From assembly GCA_003519485.1 (NCBI GenBank), contig DOWQ01000313.1, positions 1 through 36,837 on the forward strand: a stretch of DNA of 36,837 nt, read 5' to 3'. This stretch comes from Streptomyces sp. (GTDB lineage: Bacteria > Actinomycetota > Actinomycetes > Streptomycetales > Streptomycetaceae). Within the stretch, counting starts at the first letter, position 1; every line of letters begins with the position of its first letter. The notes under the pieces are model-generated. The model did no database searches, was not told the DNA's origin, and was given only the letters and a program-made list of their open reading frames with translations. Positions 15,342 through 25,143 of this stretch are shown one piece after another. The position numbers and the translations under genes are program-made.

Positions 15342-15524
15342 ATGGCAGCCACCTGCATGCTGCACGTCCAGTGTCCCGAGTGCGACGTCGTCGTACCGAT
15401 CACCATCCAAGCCGAGCTCGCACGAGGCGACGACGACAGGCAGACGATCAGCCTGGAGCCTGACCTCACCGAGCTGTGGGCACACGCCTGGACGCACGAG
15501 GACGGTCCGGCCGGCTCGGGGTGA
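15342..15524 (+). CDS. Small CxxC hypothetical protein
   Basis: GGAGG RBS; VQCPECDVVVP...WAHAWTH. Confidence 0.6.
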   Translation: MAATCMLHVQCPECDVVVPITIQAELARGDDDRQTISLEPDLTELWAHAWTHEDGPAGSG

Positions 15525-15640
15525 CCTACTGGTCCCGCCGGCCCGAGACCCTGGGGGGATACCCCCTCCCCCCGCGGTAGGGCCATCGGGAACGTGTACA
15601 TGGCGTCCGTGGCTACGGTTCTGGGGACTTTGGATCTTGA
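15525..15640. other. Candidate packaging-end (cos-like) region
   Basis: Non-coding gap before TerS containing GGGGGGATACCCCCTCCCCCC; inferred from position only. Confidence 0.35.
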
Positions 15641-15655
15641 AGGGTGGTGGTCGCC

Positions 15656-16135
15656 ATGGCCGGCCGCGGCCCTCAGCCCAAGGACTCCTCCCGCCGGGCG
15701 CGAGCCAACAAGGACCCGATCGCGCAGACTCTGCTGCGGTTCGAGCAGGCGGAGCCGCCGGATCTGCCGACGCTGCAGGTGATGAAGGACGGCGATCTCG
15801 TCGAGCACTCGTGGCCGGCGCGGACGCTGGACTGGTGGGAGATGTGGAAGGCGAGCCCGCAGGCTGAGCACTTCAGCTCGACGGACTGGGACTTCCTTCT
15901 GGACACCGCGGTGGTGCACGCCCGGCTGTGGTCGGGGGAGATGTCGGCGGCCGCCGAGCTCCGGCTACGGGTGGCGAAGTTCGGCGCGACCCCGGAGGAC
16001 AGGGCGAGGCTGCGGATGCAGTTCGCGCAGGCCGACGAGGCGGATTCGAAGCGCCCGCCGGGGAGTTCGTCGAAGCAGAGGTACGCGGACTTGAAGGTTC
16101 TCCCTGGAGGTGGCGATGCCGTGGCGGGGGCCTAG
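15656..16135 (+). CDS. terS: Terminase small subunit
   Basis: MAGRGPQPK start; WW...W..SPQA...TDW.FLLDTA; AAELRLRVAKFGATPEDRARLR. Confidence 0.88.
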   Translation: MAGRGPQPKDSSRRARANKDPIAQTLLRFEQAEPPDLPTLQVMKDGDLVEHSWPARTLDWWEMWKASPQAEHFSSTDWDFLLDTAVVHARLWSGEMSAAAELRLRVAKFGATPEDRARLRMQFAQADEADSKRPPGSSSKQRYADLKVLPGGGDAVAGA

Positions 16136-17749
16136 CTACGCCGGCGAGATGCCGACTCTCGGGTATGAGGTGCTGGACTGGATGGGCGAGATGCTCGCCG
16201 CTCCGGACCGTGCTGATTCTGAGCCGCTGGTTCTGACCCGGGAGCAGGCGCAGTTCATCTTGAACTTCTACGCGATCGATCCGCGCACGGGGAGGAGGCG
16301 GTATCGCCGTGGTGTGCTCTCTCGGCCGAAGGGGTGGGGAAAAGCCCGGTGCTCGCCGCCATCGCTTGCGCGGAGGCGCTGGCGGATGTCGTCCCTGACG
16401 GTTGGGATGCGGACGGCGAGCCGGTAGGGCGGCCGTGGGCGGACTTGCGGACGCCGTGGGTGCAGCTGGCGGCCGTGTCGGAGGACCAGACGCGTAACGC
16501 GTGGGCGCCGCTGCTGGAGATGCTCCGTGAGGGGCGGGCGTTGGACGAGTATCCGGGCCTGGAGCCTCTGGATACCTTCGTGAACCTGCCCAAGGGGCGC
16601 ATCGAGTTCGTGACGAGCGCGGCCACGTCCCGGGAGGGCAACCGGCCGATCTTCTGCGTGCTCGACCAAACGGAGGAGTGGCGGCCGTCGAACGGCGGCG
16701 TGAAGCTCGCTGCGACGCTTCGGAGGAACCTCGGTAAGACGAACGGGACGAGCATCGAGTCGCCGAACGCCTATCTCCCTGGGGAGGGCAGCGTTGCGGA
16801 GGATTCGGCCGAGTACTGGAAGCGCATCGCTGAGGGCCGCGCGAAGGATGACGGTCTGCTGTACGACCACCGGGAGGCGGAAGCCGGCACGGATATGGCC
16901 GACCGGGAGTCTCTGCTGGCGGGCCTGCGGTTCGTGTACGGCGACTCCGCTGATTCGGCGGGCGGCTGGGTCGATCTGGACCGCATCGCAGCCGAGGTGT
17001 GGGACCCGTCGACGCATCCGCAGGATGCCCGGCGCTTCTACTTGAACCAGATCACGCACGCTTCCGACTCCTGGATTTCACAGCCCGAGTGGGCGGGAGT
17101 GGCGGCCGCGGACAAGCTGATCAGCGGTGGTGAGGAAGTCGTACTGGGCTTCGATGGTTCCCGCCGGCGGTCTCGGGGCGTGACGGACGCGACCGCGCTC
17201 GTGGGCTGCCGGGTGTCGGATGGCCACCTGTTCCTCCTGGGCTGCTGGGAGCAGCCGGACGGCCCTTTCGGTACGGACTGGCAGGTGCCGACGATCGAGG
17301 TTCTGTCGGCGGTCGAGGATGCCTTCCGCCGCTTCAAGGTTGTCGGCATGTATGCGGACCCGGCGAAGTGGGAGTCGCATGTGGCGACGTGGGAGGCGAA
17401 GCACGGCCGGCGCTTGAAGGTGAAGGCCACGATGCAGCACCCCATCGAGTGGTGGATGACGGGCGGGCGGTCGAGCTTGATCGTGCGGGCGTTGGAGAAG
17501 TTCCGGTCGAGTGTGGTGGACGGCGAGTTGACGCATGACGGGTCGAGTGTGCTGACGCGGCATGTGCTGAACGCTCGGCGACGGGAGTCCCGGTCGGGTA
17601 TTCAGATCGCGAAGGAGCATCCGGAGTCGCCTCGAAAGATCGACGCCGCGGTGGCGGCTGTCCTCGCTTGGCAGTGCCGTGTTGATGCGGTTTCCAAGGG
17701 TCTCGGCAAGAAGCGGTCGCGCTCCGGGAGGGTGGTGGTGCTGCGATGA
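16116..17749 (+). CDS. terL: Terminase large subunit, split by a -1 frameshift at 16337-16343
   Basis: Frame A gives ...LTREQAQFILNFYAID...RRGVLSRPKGWGK; the -1 frame continues GKSPVLAAIA...AAVSEDQT...LGFDGSR...DATALV...KIDAAVAAVLA. Confidence 0.88.
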
Positions 17750-19185
17750 CGACTCCCACTCTGCCTCTGATCGGCTTGTCGGATGACGAGAAGCAGACTC
17801 TGACGATGCTGCGGTCGGATCTGATGAATCAGCGGTTCCGCCTGGAGCTGTTGGACTCGTATTTCAACGGCGAGCAGCTGGTGCGTGATCTGGGGATCAG
17901 CATTCCGCCGCAGCTGAATGGGCTGCATACGGTCATCGGCTGGCCTCGGATCGGTGTGGAGGCGCTGGAGCAGCGCCTGGACCTGGAGGCGTTCCGGTGG
18001 GCGGACGGGTCGGATTCGTCGGATCTGAGCGAGATCGCCGAGGCGAACGACTTGTTCGACGAGTCGTCGCTGGCGCACTTGGACGCACTGACGTATGGCC
18101 GCGAGTATGTGACGGTCGGCTCGGCGGATGATGCGGATTTCCCTCCGCTGATCACGTTCGAGTCGCCTCTGGATATGACGCTCGATTGGGATGCGCGTCT
18201 GCGGGTGCCGAGGTTCGCGCTGCGGGAGTCGCTGGACAAGTTCGACTTCGGTCTGGATCCGGGCGAGCGGCTGATCAGCCTCTACATGCCGGACGAGACG
18301 ATCTTTGCGGTCCAGGTGAATGACGGCTGGGAGGTTCTTGACCGGGACCAGCACCGCCTGGGCGTGCCGCCAGTGCTGCGGATGGCGAACCGCCAGCGCA
18401 CTGCGGACCGGGTCGGGCACAGCGAGATCACGCCCGAGGTCATGAGCATCACCGATGCGGCGTGCCGCCGGCTGATGGGCATGGAGGTCGCGGCCGAGTT
18501 CTTCGGCGCCCCGCAGCGGTACATCCTCGGCGCCTCCGAGTCCGCCTTCCAGGACGCTGAGGGCAACGCCAAGTCGGCGTGGGAGACGTACATCGGCCGG
18601 GTGCTGGCGTTGGAGCGGGACGAGGACGGCAACACCCCGGAGGTGGGCCAGTTCACGGCGCATGACCCGTCGGGCCAGACGAAGATTCTGGACCTGTACG
18701 CCCGGATCATGGCGACACAGCTGGGTCTGCCGCCGCACATGTTGGGCTACACCAGCGACAACCCGGCGAGCGCGGACGCGATCCGTTCCTCGGAGGGGAT
18801 GCTGGTCAAGAAGGCCGAGAGGCGCATCCGGCGCTTCGGGGCGACACACCGGGACGCGATGCGCCTCGCGCTGTGGGTGCGGGACGGCGAGCCGCCGGAC
18901 CGGTCGCGGCGTATCGAGGCGGTGTGGCGGAACCCGGCGACACCGACTTTGGCGGCGCAGACGGATGCTGCGGTGAAGATGGTGCAGGCCGGCCTGTTGC
19001 CGAAGGACTCCGATGTGGCGCTGGAGATGGCGGGGCTCACGGAGGATCAGCGGCAGCGGGTGGCGGCCGAGCGGCGCCGGGCGCAGGGCCGGCAGTTGCT
19101 GGAGCGTCTGGCAGGGGCCGGCGTCGAGGAGGAGCCGGACCCGGATGTGGATCCGGAGGCGCCGGATGGCGACGAGGGTCTCTGA
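17746..19185 (+). CDS. Portal protein (SPP1 gp6-like)
   Basis: Follows TerL; GWPRIGVEALEQRL, GHSEIT, EFFGAPQRYILG, NPASADAIRSSE, WRNPATPTLAAQTDA. Confidence 0.93.
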   Translation: MTTPTLPLIGLSDDEKQTLTMLRSDLMNQRFRLELLDSYFNGEQLVRDLGISIPPQLNGLHTVIGWPRIGVEALEQRLDLEAFRWADGSDSSDLSEIAEANDLFDESSLAHLDALTYGREYVTVGSADDADFPPLITFESPLDMTLDWDARLRVPRFALRESLDKFDFGLDPGERLISLYMPDETIFAVQVNDGWEVLDRDQHRLGVPPVLRMANRQRTADRVGHSEITPEVMSITDAACRRLMGMEVAAEFFGAPQRYILGASESAFQDAEGNAKSAWETYIGRVLALERDEDGNTPEVGQFTAHDPSGQTKILDLYARIMATQLGLPPHMLGYTSDNPASADAIRSSEGMLVKKAERRIRRFGATHRDAMRLALWVRDGEPPDRSRRIEAVWRNPATPTLAAQTDAAVKMVQAGLLPKDSDVALEMAGLTEDQRQRVAAERRRAQGRQLLERLAGAGVEEEPDPDVDPEAPDGDEGL

Positions 19186-19936
19186 CGGCGGCGTTTCGGC
19201 GGATCGTCAGCGGCGGGCGCAGCGCGGTTTGACGCGGATGCTGGTGCGGGACATGCGGGGACTGCGGCGCCTGATTGTTCCGTCGCGGCTGCAGGAGTCG
19301 GTGCCGGACTGGATTGTGGCGGTGCGCGCGCTGGTCGGTGAGTACGGGGCGGCGTCGGCGTCGCTGGCGGCGGACTACTACGAGGCGGAGCGTGTGGCGG
19401 CTCGGGTGACGGGCCGGTTCACGGTGCCGTTGTTGGATCCGCCGCCCGAGGGGAAGGTGGAGGCGTCGCTGCGTTGGGCGACGAAGGACGTCTGGGTGCG
19501 GGATCCGGATGATCCGGCGACGACGGACGCGCAGCGGGAGCCGCTCGATGTCCGGCTGGCGCAGGCGGAGAAGAAGGCCGAGGCGGTCGGGCAGAAACTG
19601 GTGGCCGACCAGGGCCGTGGCACTGTCCAGGAGGCGGTTCGGCGGGACCGGCAGGCGACGGCGTGGGCTCGCTCGGCGGCTTTGGGTGCGTGCGCGTTCT
19701 GCAAGTTGCTCGCGACCCGCGGTTCGGTCTACAAGCAGGACACAGCAGACTTCCGGGCTCATGACGGCTGCCATTGCGGCGTGGTCCCGGTGTTCAGGGG
19801 GCAGCGTTTCGAGCTGTCCGATAAGGCCAAGGAGTGGGAGCGGCTGTACCGCGAGTTCGCGGCGCCTCACTCGGGCGAGCAGCTCACCCGTTTCCGGCGG
19901 GCGCTCGCGGAGCACGGGCAGATGCCCGTTCTGTAA
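19166..19936 (+). CDS. MuF-like minor head/capsid maturation protein
   Basis: GGAGG RBS; WARSAALGACAFCKLLATRG...AHDGCHCGVVP. Confidence 0.82.
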   Translation: MATRVSDGGVSADRQRRAQRGLTRMLVRDMRGLRRLIVPSRLQESVPDWIVAVRALVGEYGAASASLAADYYEAERVAARVTGRFTVPLLDPPPEGKVEASLRWATKDVWVRDPDDPATTDAQREPLDVRLAQAEKKAEAVGQKLVADQGRGTVQEAVRRDRQATAWARSAALGACAFCKLLATRGSVYKQDTADFRAHDGCHCGVVPVFRGQRFELSDKAKEWERLYREFAAPHSGEQLTRFRRALAEHGQMPVL

Positions 19937-19990
19937 TCCCGTGGCTGCCCTGGTGGTGGCCTTTCTCAGCCCCTGGAGGGCGAAACAGTC

Positions 19991-20575
19991 ATGCCCGAAG
20001 AGACCCAGAGCGAGCAGCCCGTCGAGGAGCCGCAGGAGACGACCGCCCCGGAGGCGGAGGTCACCGAGGAGGAGCCGTTCGACCGGGCACGCGCAGAGGC
20101 CAAGATCAAGAAGGCCAATTCGGAGGCGGAGAACCTCCGTAAGCGGCTCAAGGAGCTCCAGCCGCTCGCCGCGAAGGCGAAGCAACTGGAGGACGCGCAG
20201 AAGTCGGAGCAGGAGCGGCTCACCGAGCAGCTCACGGCTGCCGAGGAGCGGGCTGCGAAAGCGGTCCGCACGGCGGTCGCCTCGAAGGTCGAGGCGCTCG
20301 CGTCGGCGGAGTTCGCCGACCCGGAGGACGCCGCGGGCGCCCTCGACCTCGCCGCGTATGTGGATGAGGACGGAGTTATCGACTCCGACGGCATCAAGCG
20401 GGATCTCGCCGAGCTCCTGAAGCGCAAGCCGCACTGGGCCAAGCCCTCCGACAGTGGTCCGCGCCGCCCGGCGCCGGATCGCACGCAGGGTTCCTCGGGC
20501 AACGGCAACAGATCATCTTCCGATCCTGGCGACATCTTCGCCGGACTCATGCAGCAGGCCCTGAAGGGCCACTGA
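19991..20575 (+). CDS. Capsid scaffolding protein
   Basis: Acidic N-terminus, coiled coil with AQKSEQERL, precedes the capsid gene. Confidence 0.85.
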   Translation: MPEETQSEQPVEEPQETTAPEAEVTEEEPFDRARAEAKIKKANSEAENLRKRLKELQPLAAKAKQLEDAQKSEQERLTEQLTAAEERAAKAVRTAVASKVEALASAEFADPEDAAGALDLAAYVDEDGVIDSDGIKRDLAELLKRKPHWAKPSDSGPRRPAPDRTQGSSGNGNRSSSDPGDIFAGLMQQALKGH

Positions 20576-20590
20576 GAGAGGTAGCCCTCC

Positions 20591-21547
20591 ATGGTTGCTA
20601 CAGCCCCCATCAAGCTTTCGGACGTCAATGCGACGTTCCTCCCGGCCACGCTCACCGGGCCGGTCTTCGAGAAGTCCGTCGAGCAGTCGGCGGTCATGTC
20701 GCTGTCGCGGCGGGTGCCGCTGGCGATGTCGGCGAACACGGCGGTCCCGGTGCCGCTGGACGTTCCGACGGCCGACTGGGTGGACCAGGCCGGCCGGAAG
20801 CCGCTGGGCACGGGCGGCGTCGACATCAAGCAGATGTCCGGCAAGAAGCTGGCCGTCCTCATCCCGGCGGCGATGGAGGTCGTGCAGTCCAATGCGGCGG
20901 GCCTGTGGACGCAGCTCCAGTCGGACCTGCCGACGGCTTTCTCCCGGGCGTTCGACCGGGCGACGATCCACGGCAAGACCATGAAGGGCGCCGTCGGCCC
21001 CTTCGCCGACTACCTGGCGATGACGACCAAGGCGGTCGCGCTGGGCACGGCGACGCAGGCCAACGGCGGCATCTGGAAGGACTTCGTCGACGGCATGGAG
21101 GACATCGTCGACGACGACTGGGACTACACCGGTACGGTCGCTGACCACCGGCTGCAGCCGAAGCTCCTCGGCGCGACGGACACCACTGGGCGTCCGATCT
21201 TCGTCGAGACCCGGGATTCGGGGACGGGCATGGCGACGGCGGGTTCTCTGATCGGCAACCCGCTGGCGTACTCCCGCAGCGTGTCGGGCAAGGTGCGGCG
21301 TCAGGTTACGAGCACGGACACGGGCCTGCGGGCGATCGGCGGCGACTGGTCGCAGACGGCGTTCGGTGTCGGCATGGACATCACGGTCAAGATCTCCCGT
21401 GAGGCGACGTACATCGACGAGGACGGCGGCGTGCACTCCGCGTTCCAGGAGAACCTGGTGCTCCTCCTCGCGGAGGCGTACTACGGGTTCGTGCTGGGCG
21501 ACGCGGAGGCGTTCGTCAAGTACACCGGCACTCCGTCGGCGACCTGA
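20591..21547 (+). CDS. Major capsid protein (HK97 fold)
   Basis: Position; ADWVDQ, KKLAVL, GDWSQ, SAFQENLVLLLAEAYYGFVLGDAEAFVK. Confidence 0.92.
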   Translation: MVATAPIKLSDVNATFLPATLTGPVFEKSVEQSAVMSLSRRVPLAMSANTAVPVPLDVPTADWVDQAGRKPLGTGGVDIKQMSGKKLAVLIPAAMEVVQSNAAGLWTQLQSDLPTAFSRAFDRATIHGKTMKGAVGPFADYLAMTTKAVALGTATQANGGIWKDFVDGMEDIVDDDWDYTGTVADHRLQPKLLGATDTTGRPIFVETRDSGTGMATAGSLIGNPLAYSRSVSGKVRRQVTSTDTGLRAIGGDWSQTAFGVGMDITVKISREATYIDEDGGVHSAFQENLVLLLAEAYYGFVLGDAEAFVKYTGTPSAT

Positions 21548-22581
21548 TGGGCGGGGCTGTCCCGGCTTCCGCGCCGGGCGGGACGGCCACCCCGCTGCGG
21601 ATTGTGGCCCGTGTGCACGCGATGCCCCCGGAGCACAATGCGGGGGCGGAGCACATGCTCGTGGCGATGCTGCGGCCGTTGGCCGCCCGTGGTCACGAAG
21701 TGGAGGTGTGGCTGTCCCGGTACAGCAGGGCTCGCGAGGAGTACGAGTACCGGGGCATCCGGGTCGTGCCGCTGGAGGCTCGTCTGGATTTCGGGGCGGC
21801 GGTCCGGAGGGCCGACGTGCTGGTCTCGCATCTGGAGTGTGTGCCGTCGACGGCGGCGCTCACCCGTGGTTTCGGGAAGCCGCTGGTCGTCATCTGCCAC
21901 AACACGCACAGGCCGACGTTCCGCAACATGGCCGGCGGCGGGACCGCGCTGGCGGTCTACAACTCGCTGTGGATGCAGGCCGAGGCGGAGCTGTTCTTCG
22001 CCGAATACCCGCGGGGAGTCCGGCCGGGCGCCGAGCTGGTCGTGCGGCCGCCGGTGGTCGCCGCGGACTATGCGACGAAGCCAGGCAAGGCCATCACTCT
22101 GGTCAACTGCTGCGAGGCCAAGGGCGGCCGGGTCTTCGAGGCTCTGGCCCGCCGGATGCCGGATCAGCAGTTCCTCGCGGTGCGCGGCGCCTACGGGGAG
22201 CAGATCCTCCCGGACCTGCCGAACGTGGAGATCGTCGAGCACGTGGACGGCCAGGACATGCGGGAGCGGGTGTACGGCCGCACGAAGGTGCTGCTGATGC
22301 CGTCCTCGTATGAGTCGTGGGGCCGGGCCGGTGCGGAGGCGCTCGCCTCGGGAATTCCCGTTGTCGCGCACCCGACACCGGGCCTGTGCGAGTCGCTGGG
22401 CGAAGCGGGCATCTTCGTGGACCGCACGGATGTGGACGGCTACGAGGCGGTGCTGCGGAAGCTCCTGGCGCCGGCCGAGTACCGGTTGGCGTCGAAGCGG
22501 GCGAAGGCCCGCTCGCTCGAGCTGGATCCGACGGTCGAGCTCGCGGCGTGGTGCGATGCGGTCGAGGGCCTGACCCGATAG
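21547..22581 (+). CDS. GT-B (family 4-like) glycosyltransferase
   Basis: NAGAEHML...LAARGHEVEV; LLMPSSYESWGRAGAEALASGIPVVAH..GLCESLGEAG; TGATG-coupled to the capsid gene. Confidence 0.9.
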   Translation: MGGAVPASAPGGTATPLRIVARVHAMPPEHNAGAEHMLVAMLRPLAARGHEVEVWLSRYSRAREEYEYRGIRVVPLEARLDFGAAVRRADVLVSHLECVPSTAALTRGFGKPLVVICHNTHRPTFRNMAGGGTALAVYNSLWMQAEAELFFAEYPRGVRPGAELVVRPPVVAADYATKPGKAITLVNCCEAKGGRVFEALARRMPDQQFLAVRGAYGEQILPDLPNVEIVEHVDGQDMRERVYGRTKVLLMPSSYESWGRAGAEALASGIPVVAHPTPGLCESLGEAGIFVDRTDVDGYEAVLRKLLAPAEYRLASKRAKARSLELDPTVELAAWCDAVEGLTR

Positions 22582-22593
22582 GAGGCGACGGCG

Positions 22594-23010
22594 ATGGTGT
22601 TCGTGGTCCCGACGGCTGAGCAGCTCGGGCTGTACCTGGGCATGGAGACGATCCAGGGCGACCGGGCTGATCTGCTGATCGCGCAGGCGGTGGCGCTGGC
22701 CGAGTCGGTGGTGAAGCCGTTGCCGGATCAGGCGACGGCTGTGGTGCTGTCGGTGGCCGGCCGGGCGTATGTGAATCCGCAGCAGGTGTCTTACGAGACG
22801 ATCGGCCCGATGGCGGTGCAGCGGCCGTCGGGGTCGGGCGGCCTGTATATGACGAAGGCCGACAAGGCGGCGCTCAAGTCCCTGGCGGGGCGGGGTGGCG
22901 CGTTCACTGTGGATCCGACGCCGGCGACAGCGGATCCGTCGCCGACCTGGCCGATGGACGACTCCTACGGTCCGGGGCTCGAGTATGAGCCGGGCTGGGG
23001 CTGGGTCTGA
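22594..23010 (+). CDS. Head-to-tail adaptor
   Basis: VVLSVAGRAYVNPQQVSYETIGP...GGLYMT; position. Confidence 0.82.
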   Translation: MVFVVPTAEQLGLYLGMETIQGDRADLLIAQAVALAESVVKPLPDQATAVVLSVAGRAYVNPQQVSYETIGPMAVQRPSGSGGLYMTKADKAALKSLAGRGGAFTVDPTPATADPSPTWPMDDSYGPGLEYEPGWGWV

Positions 23011-23372
23011 TGCCCGGCCCGTACTTGTTCGGGGAGACGGTGAGGGTCTTGCGCACTGGCGCCTCTCCGGGGCGTGATCCGCGCGGCCAGCCTCTCCCTG
23101 GCCTGGACGAGTCCTTCGATCTGGCGGGCTGTGTGGTCACGCCTCGCTCGGAGACTCCGCAGGTGGGTGGGGATCAGCAGCAGGCGCGGGACACGGTCGT
23201 CGTGGGGTGGACGGTGTATGCCCCGGCGGGCAGCGATGTCCGTACCACGGACGGGGTGATGGTCCGCGGCGTCCGCTGTGAGATCACGGGAGAGCCGGGT
23301 GACTGGGGACGTTCCCCGTTCACCGGCACGCCGGGACCGATCCAGTTCGCCGCGGACCGGGTCACGGGCTAA
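23010..23372 (+). CDS. Head-to-tail stopper
   Basis: GRDPRGQP...TVYAPAGSDVRTTD...VRGVRCEITGEPGDW.SPFTG. Confidence 0.82.
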   Translation: MPGPYLFGETVRVLRTGASPGRDPRGQPLPGLDESFDLAGCVVTPRSETPQVGGDQQQARDTVVVGWTVYAPAGSDVRTTDGVMVRGVRCEITGEPGDWGRSPFTGTPGPIQFAADRVTG

Positions 23373-23689
23373 CTGCGGGCCTGCTCCACGGCGGCCATGA
23401 GTTTGGTCGCACTGTCGTTGCTGCGGCGAGGGATGGACAGGCTGTGCGGGTCGGATTGCGGTGGGCGGCCGCCGGCCAGGATGCCTGTCGCTTCGTCGGC
23501 GGGTGCGCTGCCGGGCAGCACGAACTGCAGGTAGCCGTGGAAGAGGCGGGTGGCGGGCTTGAGCCGGGTGCCCGTCACATCGGCGGCCCGGAGACGGAAT
23601 TCCTGCGGGCGCTGCCCGACGGCCCTCTTCGTGATGGTGATCCATTCGCCGTCGAAGCTGATGCTGCCCTGTACGCCTTTGACGTCCAT
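23369..23689 (-). CDS. DUF4429-like protein (antisense insertion)
   Basis: VKGVQGSISFDGEWITITKR...KPATRLFHGYLQFVLPG; fills the gap between two connector genes. Confidence 0.72.
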   Translation of the reverse strand: MDVKGVQGSISFDGEWITITKRAVGQRPQEFRLRAADVTGTRLKPATRLFHGYLQFVLPGSAPADEATGILAGGRPPQSDPHSLSIPRRSNDSATKLMAAVEQARS

Positions 23690-23718
23690 GCCGGCCCCCT
23701 GAGTGAGTTGAGGAGGTC

Positions 23719-24030
23719 ATGATGCCCGCACGCTTCAGGATGTCCAAGAGGGGCGTGGGCCAGCTGCTGCGGTCGCCGATGATCCAGGCGGAGGTGGTGC
23801 GCCGGGCCGAGGTCATCAAGGGCGTGGCGGAGGGGATCGCGCCCATCGAGAGCGGCACGTACAAGTCCTCCTTCTTCGTGCAGCCGGTGCCGCGCGGCGG
23901 GCGGCGCCGGGACCGTGCGGTCGCGATCGTCGGCAACCGGGCCCCCTACGCCGCTCATGTCGAGTACGGGACGGAGCGCGTCAGGGCTCACCACGTGCTG
24001 CTGCGGGCCGCGCAGGCGGGTGGCCGCTGA
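23719..24030 (+). CDS. HK97 gp10-like neck/tail completion protein
   Basis: GVGQLLRSP...APIESGTYKSSF...APYAAHVEYGT. Confidence 0.82.
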   Translation: MMPARFRMSKRGVGQLLRSPMIQAEVVRRAEVIKGVAEGIAPIESGTYKSSFFVQPVPRGGRRRDRAVAIVGNRAPYAAHVEYGTERVRAHHVLLRAAQAGGR

Positions 24031-24413
24031 TGGTCGACGTCGAGCTTGAGCTCATCGGCTGGCTGCAGCAGCGCCTCGGTGCCGATGTGGTCGTGCGCGA
24101 TGAGACCGACAACAACCTGGCCAACGAGCTGCCCACAGTGCAGGTCGAAGGCGCCGGGGGCGACGACGACGGCTTCCGACTGGACCGGCCCCTCGTCGAC
24201 ATCAGCGTGTACGCGGCGACCCGCGGCGACGCGCTCGCCTTGGCCGGGCAGATCAAGACGCTGATCTTGCATCAGCTTCGCGGATCGACGACTGCGACCG
24301 CCGTGTTCGCCAAGACCGCAACCGTGTCGCTACCCGCTGTCCGCCCATACGAGAACACCGCGCTGCGTCGCGTCGGTGCGACCTACGAAATCTACTGCCA
24401 CCCGGTCTCCTGA
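24030..24413 (+). CDS. Tail terminator
   Basis: DVELELIGWL...LPTVQV..GGDDD..LDRPLVDISVYA; precedes the major tail gene. Confidence 0.8.
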   Translation: MVDVELELIGWLQQRLGADVVVRDETDNNLANELPTVQVEGAGGDDDGFRLDRPLVDISVYAATRGDALALAGQIKTLILHQLRGSTTATAVFAKTATVSLPAVRPYENTALRRVGATYEIYCHPVS

Positions 24414-24485
24414 CCGGCCTGGGCCCGCGCCGGACCCTCAACCCCCCGCCCGTGCGCGGGCTTCTTCCATGTCTGGAGACAAATC

Positions 24486-25073
24486 ATGGTTTCAATCACC
24501 CGCGCCAGCGATCTCACGATGGTCGGGGCGAATGGAGGAGCGTGGGTGTCGCCCGTCGGCACTCCCGCTCTGGACTCGCCGCTGACGCACCCCACCGACC
24601 CGTGGGCGGCGCTCGGCGCGATCTCCGACGACGGCCTCGTCAACGGCTGGGACGAGGACTCCGAGGCGTTCACCCCGTGGGGCCTCACGAGCCCGTTTCG
24701 CACGCAGATCACCCAGTCGGTGCGCACGTTCAGCGCCACGATGTGGGAGACGTCCCGCCTGTCGGTCATGTCGCTGCACTACCGCATCGACGAGGCGGAC
24801 CTCGTGGCGGACGGCTCCGGCATCACCAAGTTCGCGGAGACCGCATCGCCCGTGCCGGACCGCCGCGCGTTCTGGTTCCTCGTCGTCGACGGCGACAACT
24901 ACCGCGGCTTCTACGTGCCCGAGGGCGAGATCAGCGAGCGCTCCGACGTCACGTACAAGCAGGACGAAATCTCGGGCTTCGAGTGGACCATCACCACGTA
25001 CCCGGACGCCGCCGGCAACACCGTCTACCACGTCGACAAGATCCCGGTCACTCCGGCGGATCCGCTGTCCTGA
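24486..25073 (+). CDS. Major tail (tube) protein
   Basis: WAALGAISDDGL...TPWG...R; GEISERSDVTYK...FEWTITTYPD. Confidence 0.88.
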   Translation: MVSITRASDLTMVGANGGAWVSPVGTPALDSPLTHPTDPWAALGAISDDGLVNGWDEDSEAFTPWGLTSPFRTQITQSVRTFSATMWETSRLSVMSLHYRIDEADLVADGSGITKFAETASPVPDRRAFWFLVVDGDNYRGFYVPEGEISERSDVTYKQDEISGFEWTITTYPDAAGNTVYHVDKIPVTPADPLS

Positions 25074-25076
25074 GCC

Positions 25077-25121
25077 GGATGGGCGGGCCACTCTGCTGGC
25101 GCGGGCCGGGCCCGCCCATCC
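25077..25121 (+). terminator. Hairpin after the major tail gene
   Basis: 13-bp stem GGATGGGCGGGCC / GGCCCGCCCATCC. Confidence 0.55.
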
Positions 25122-25143
25122 TTCAACCCCCTTTGCCCGCGCC

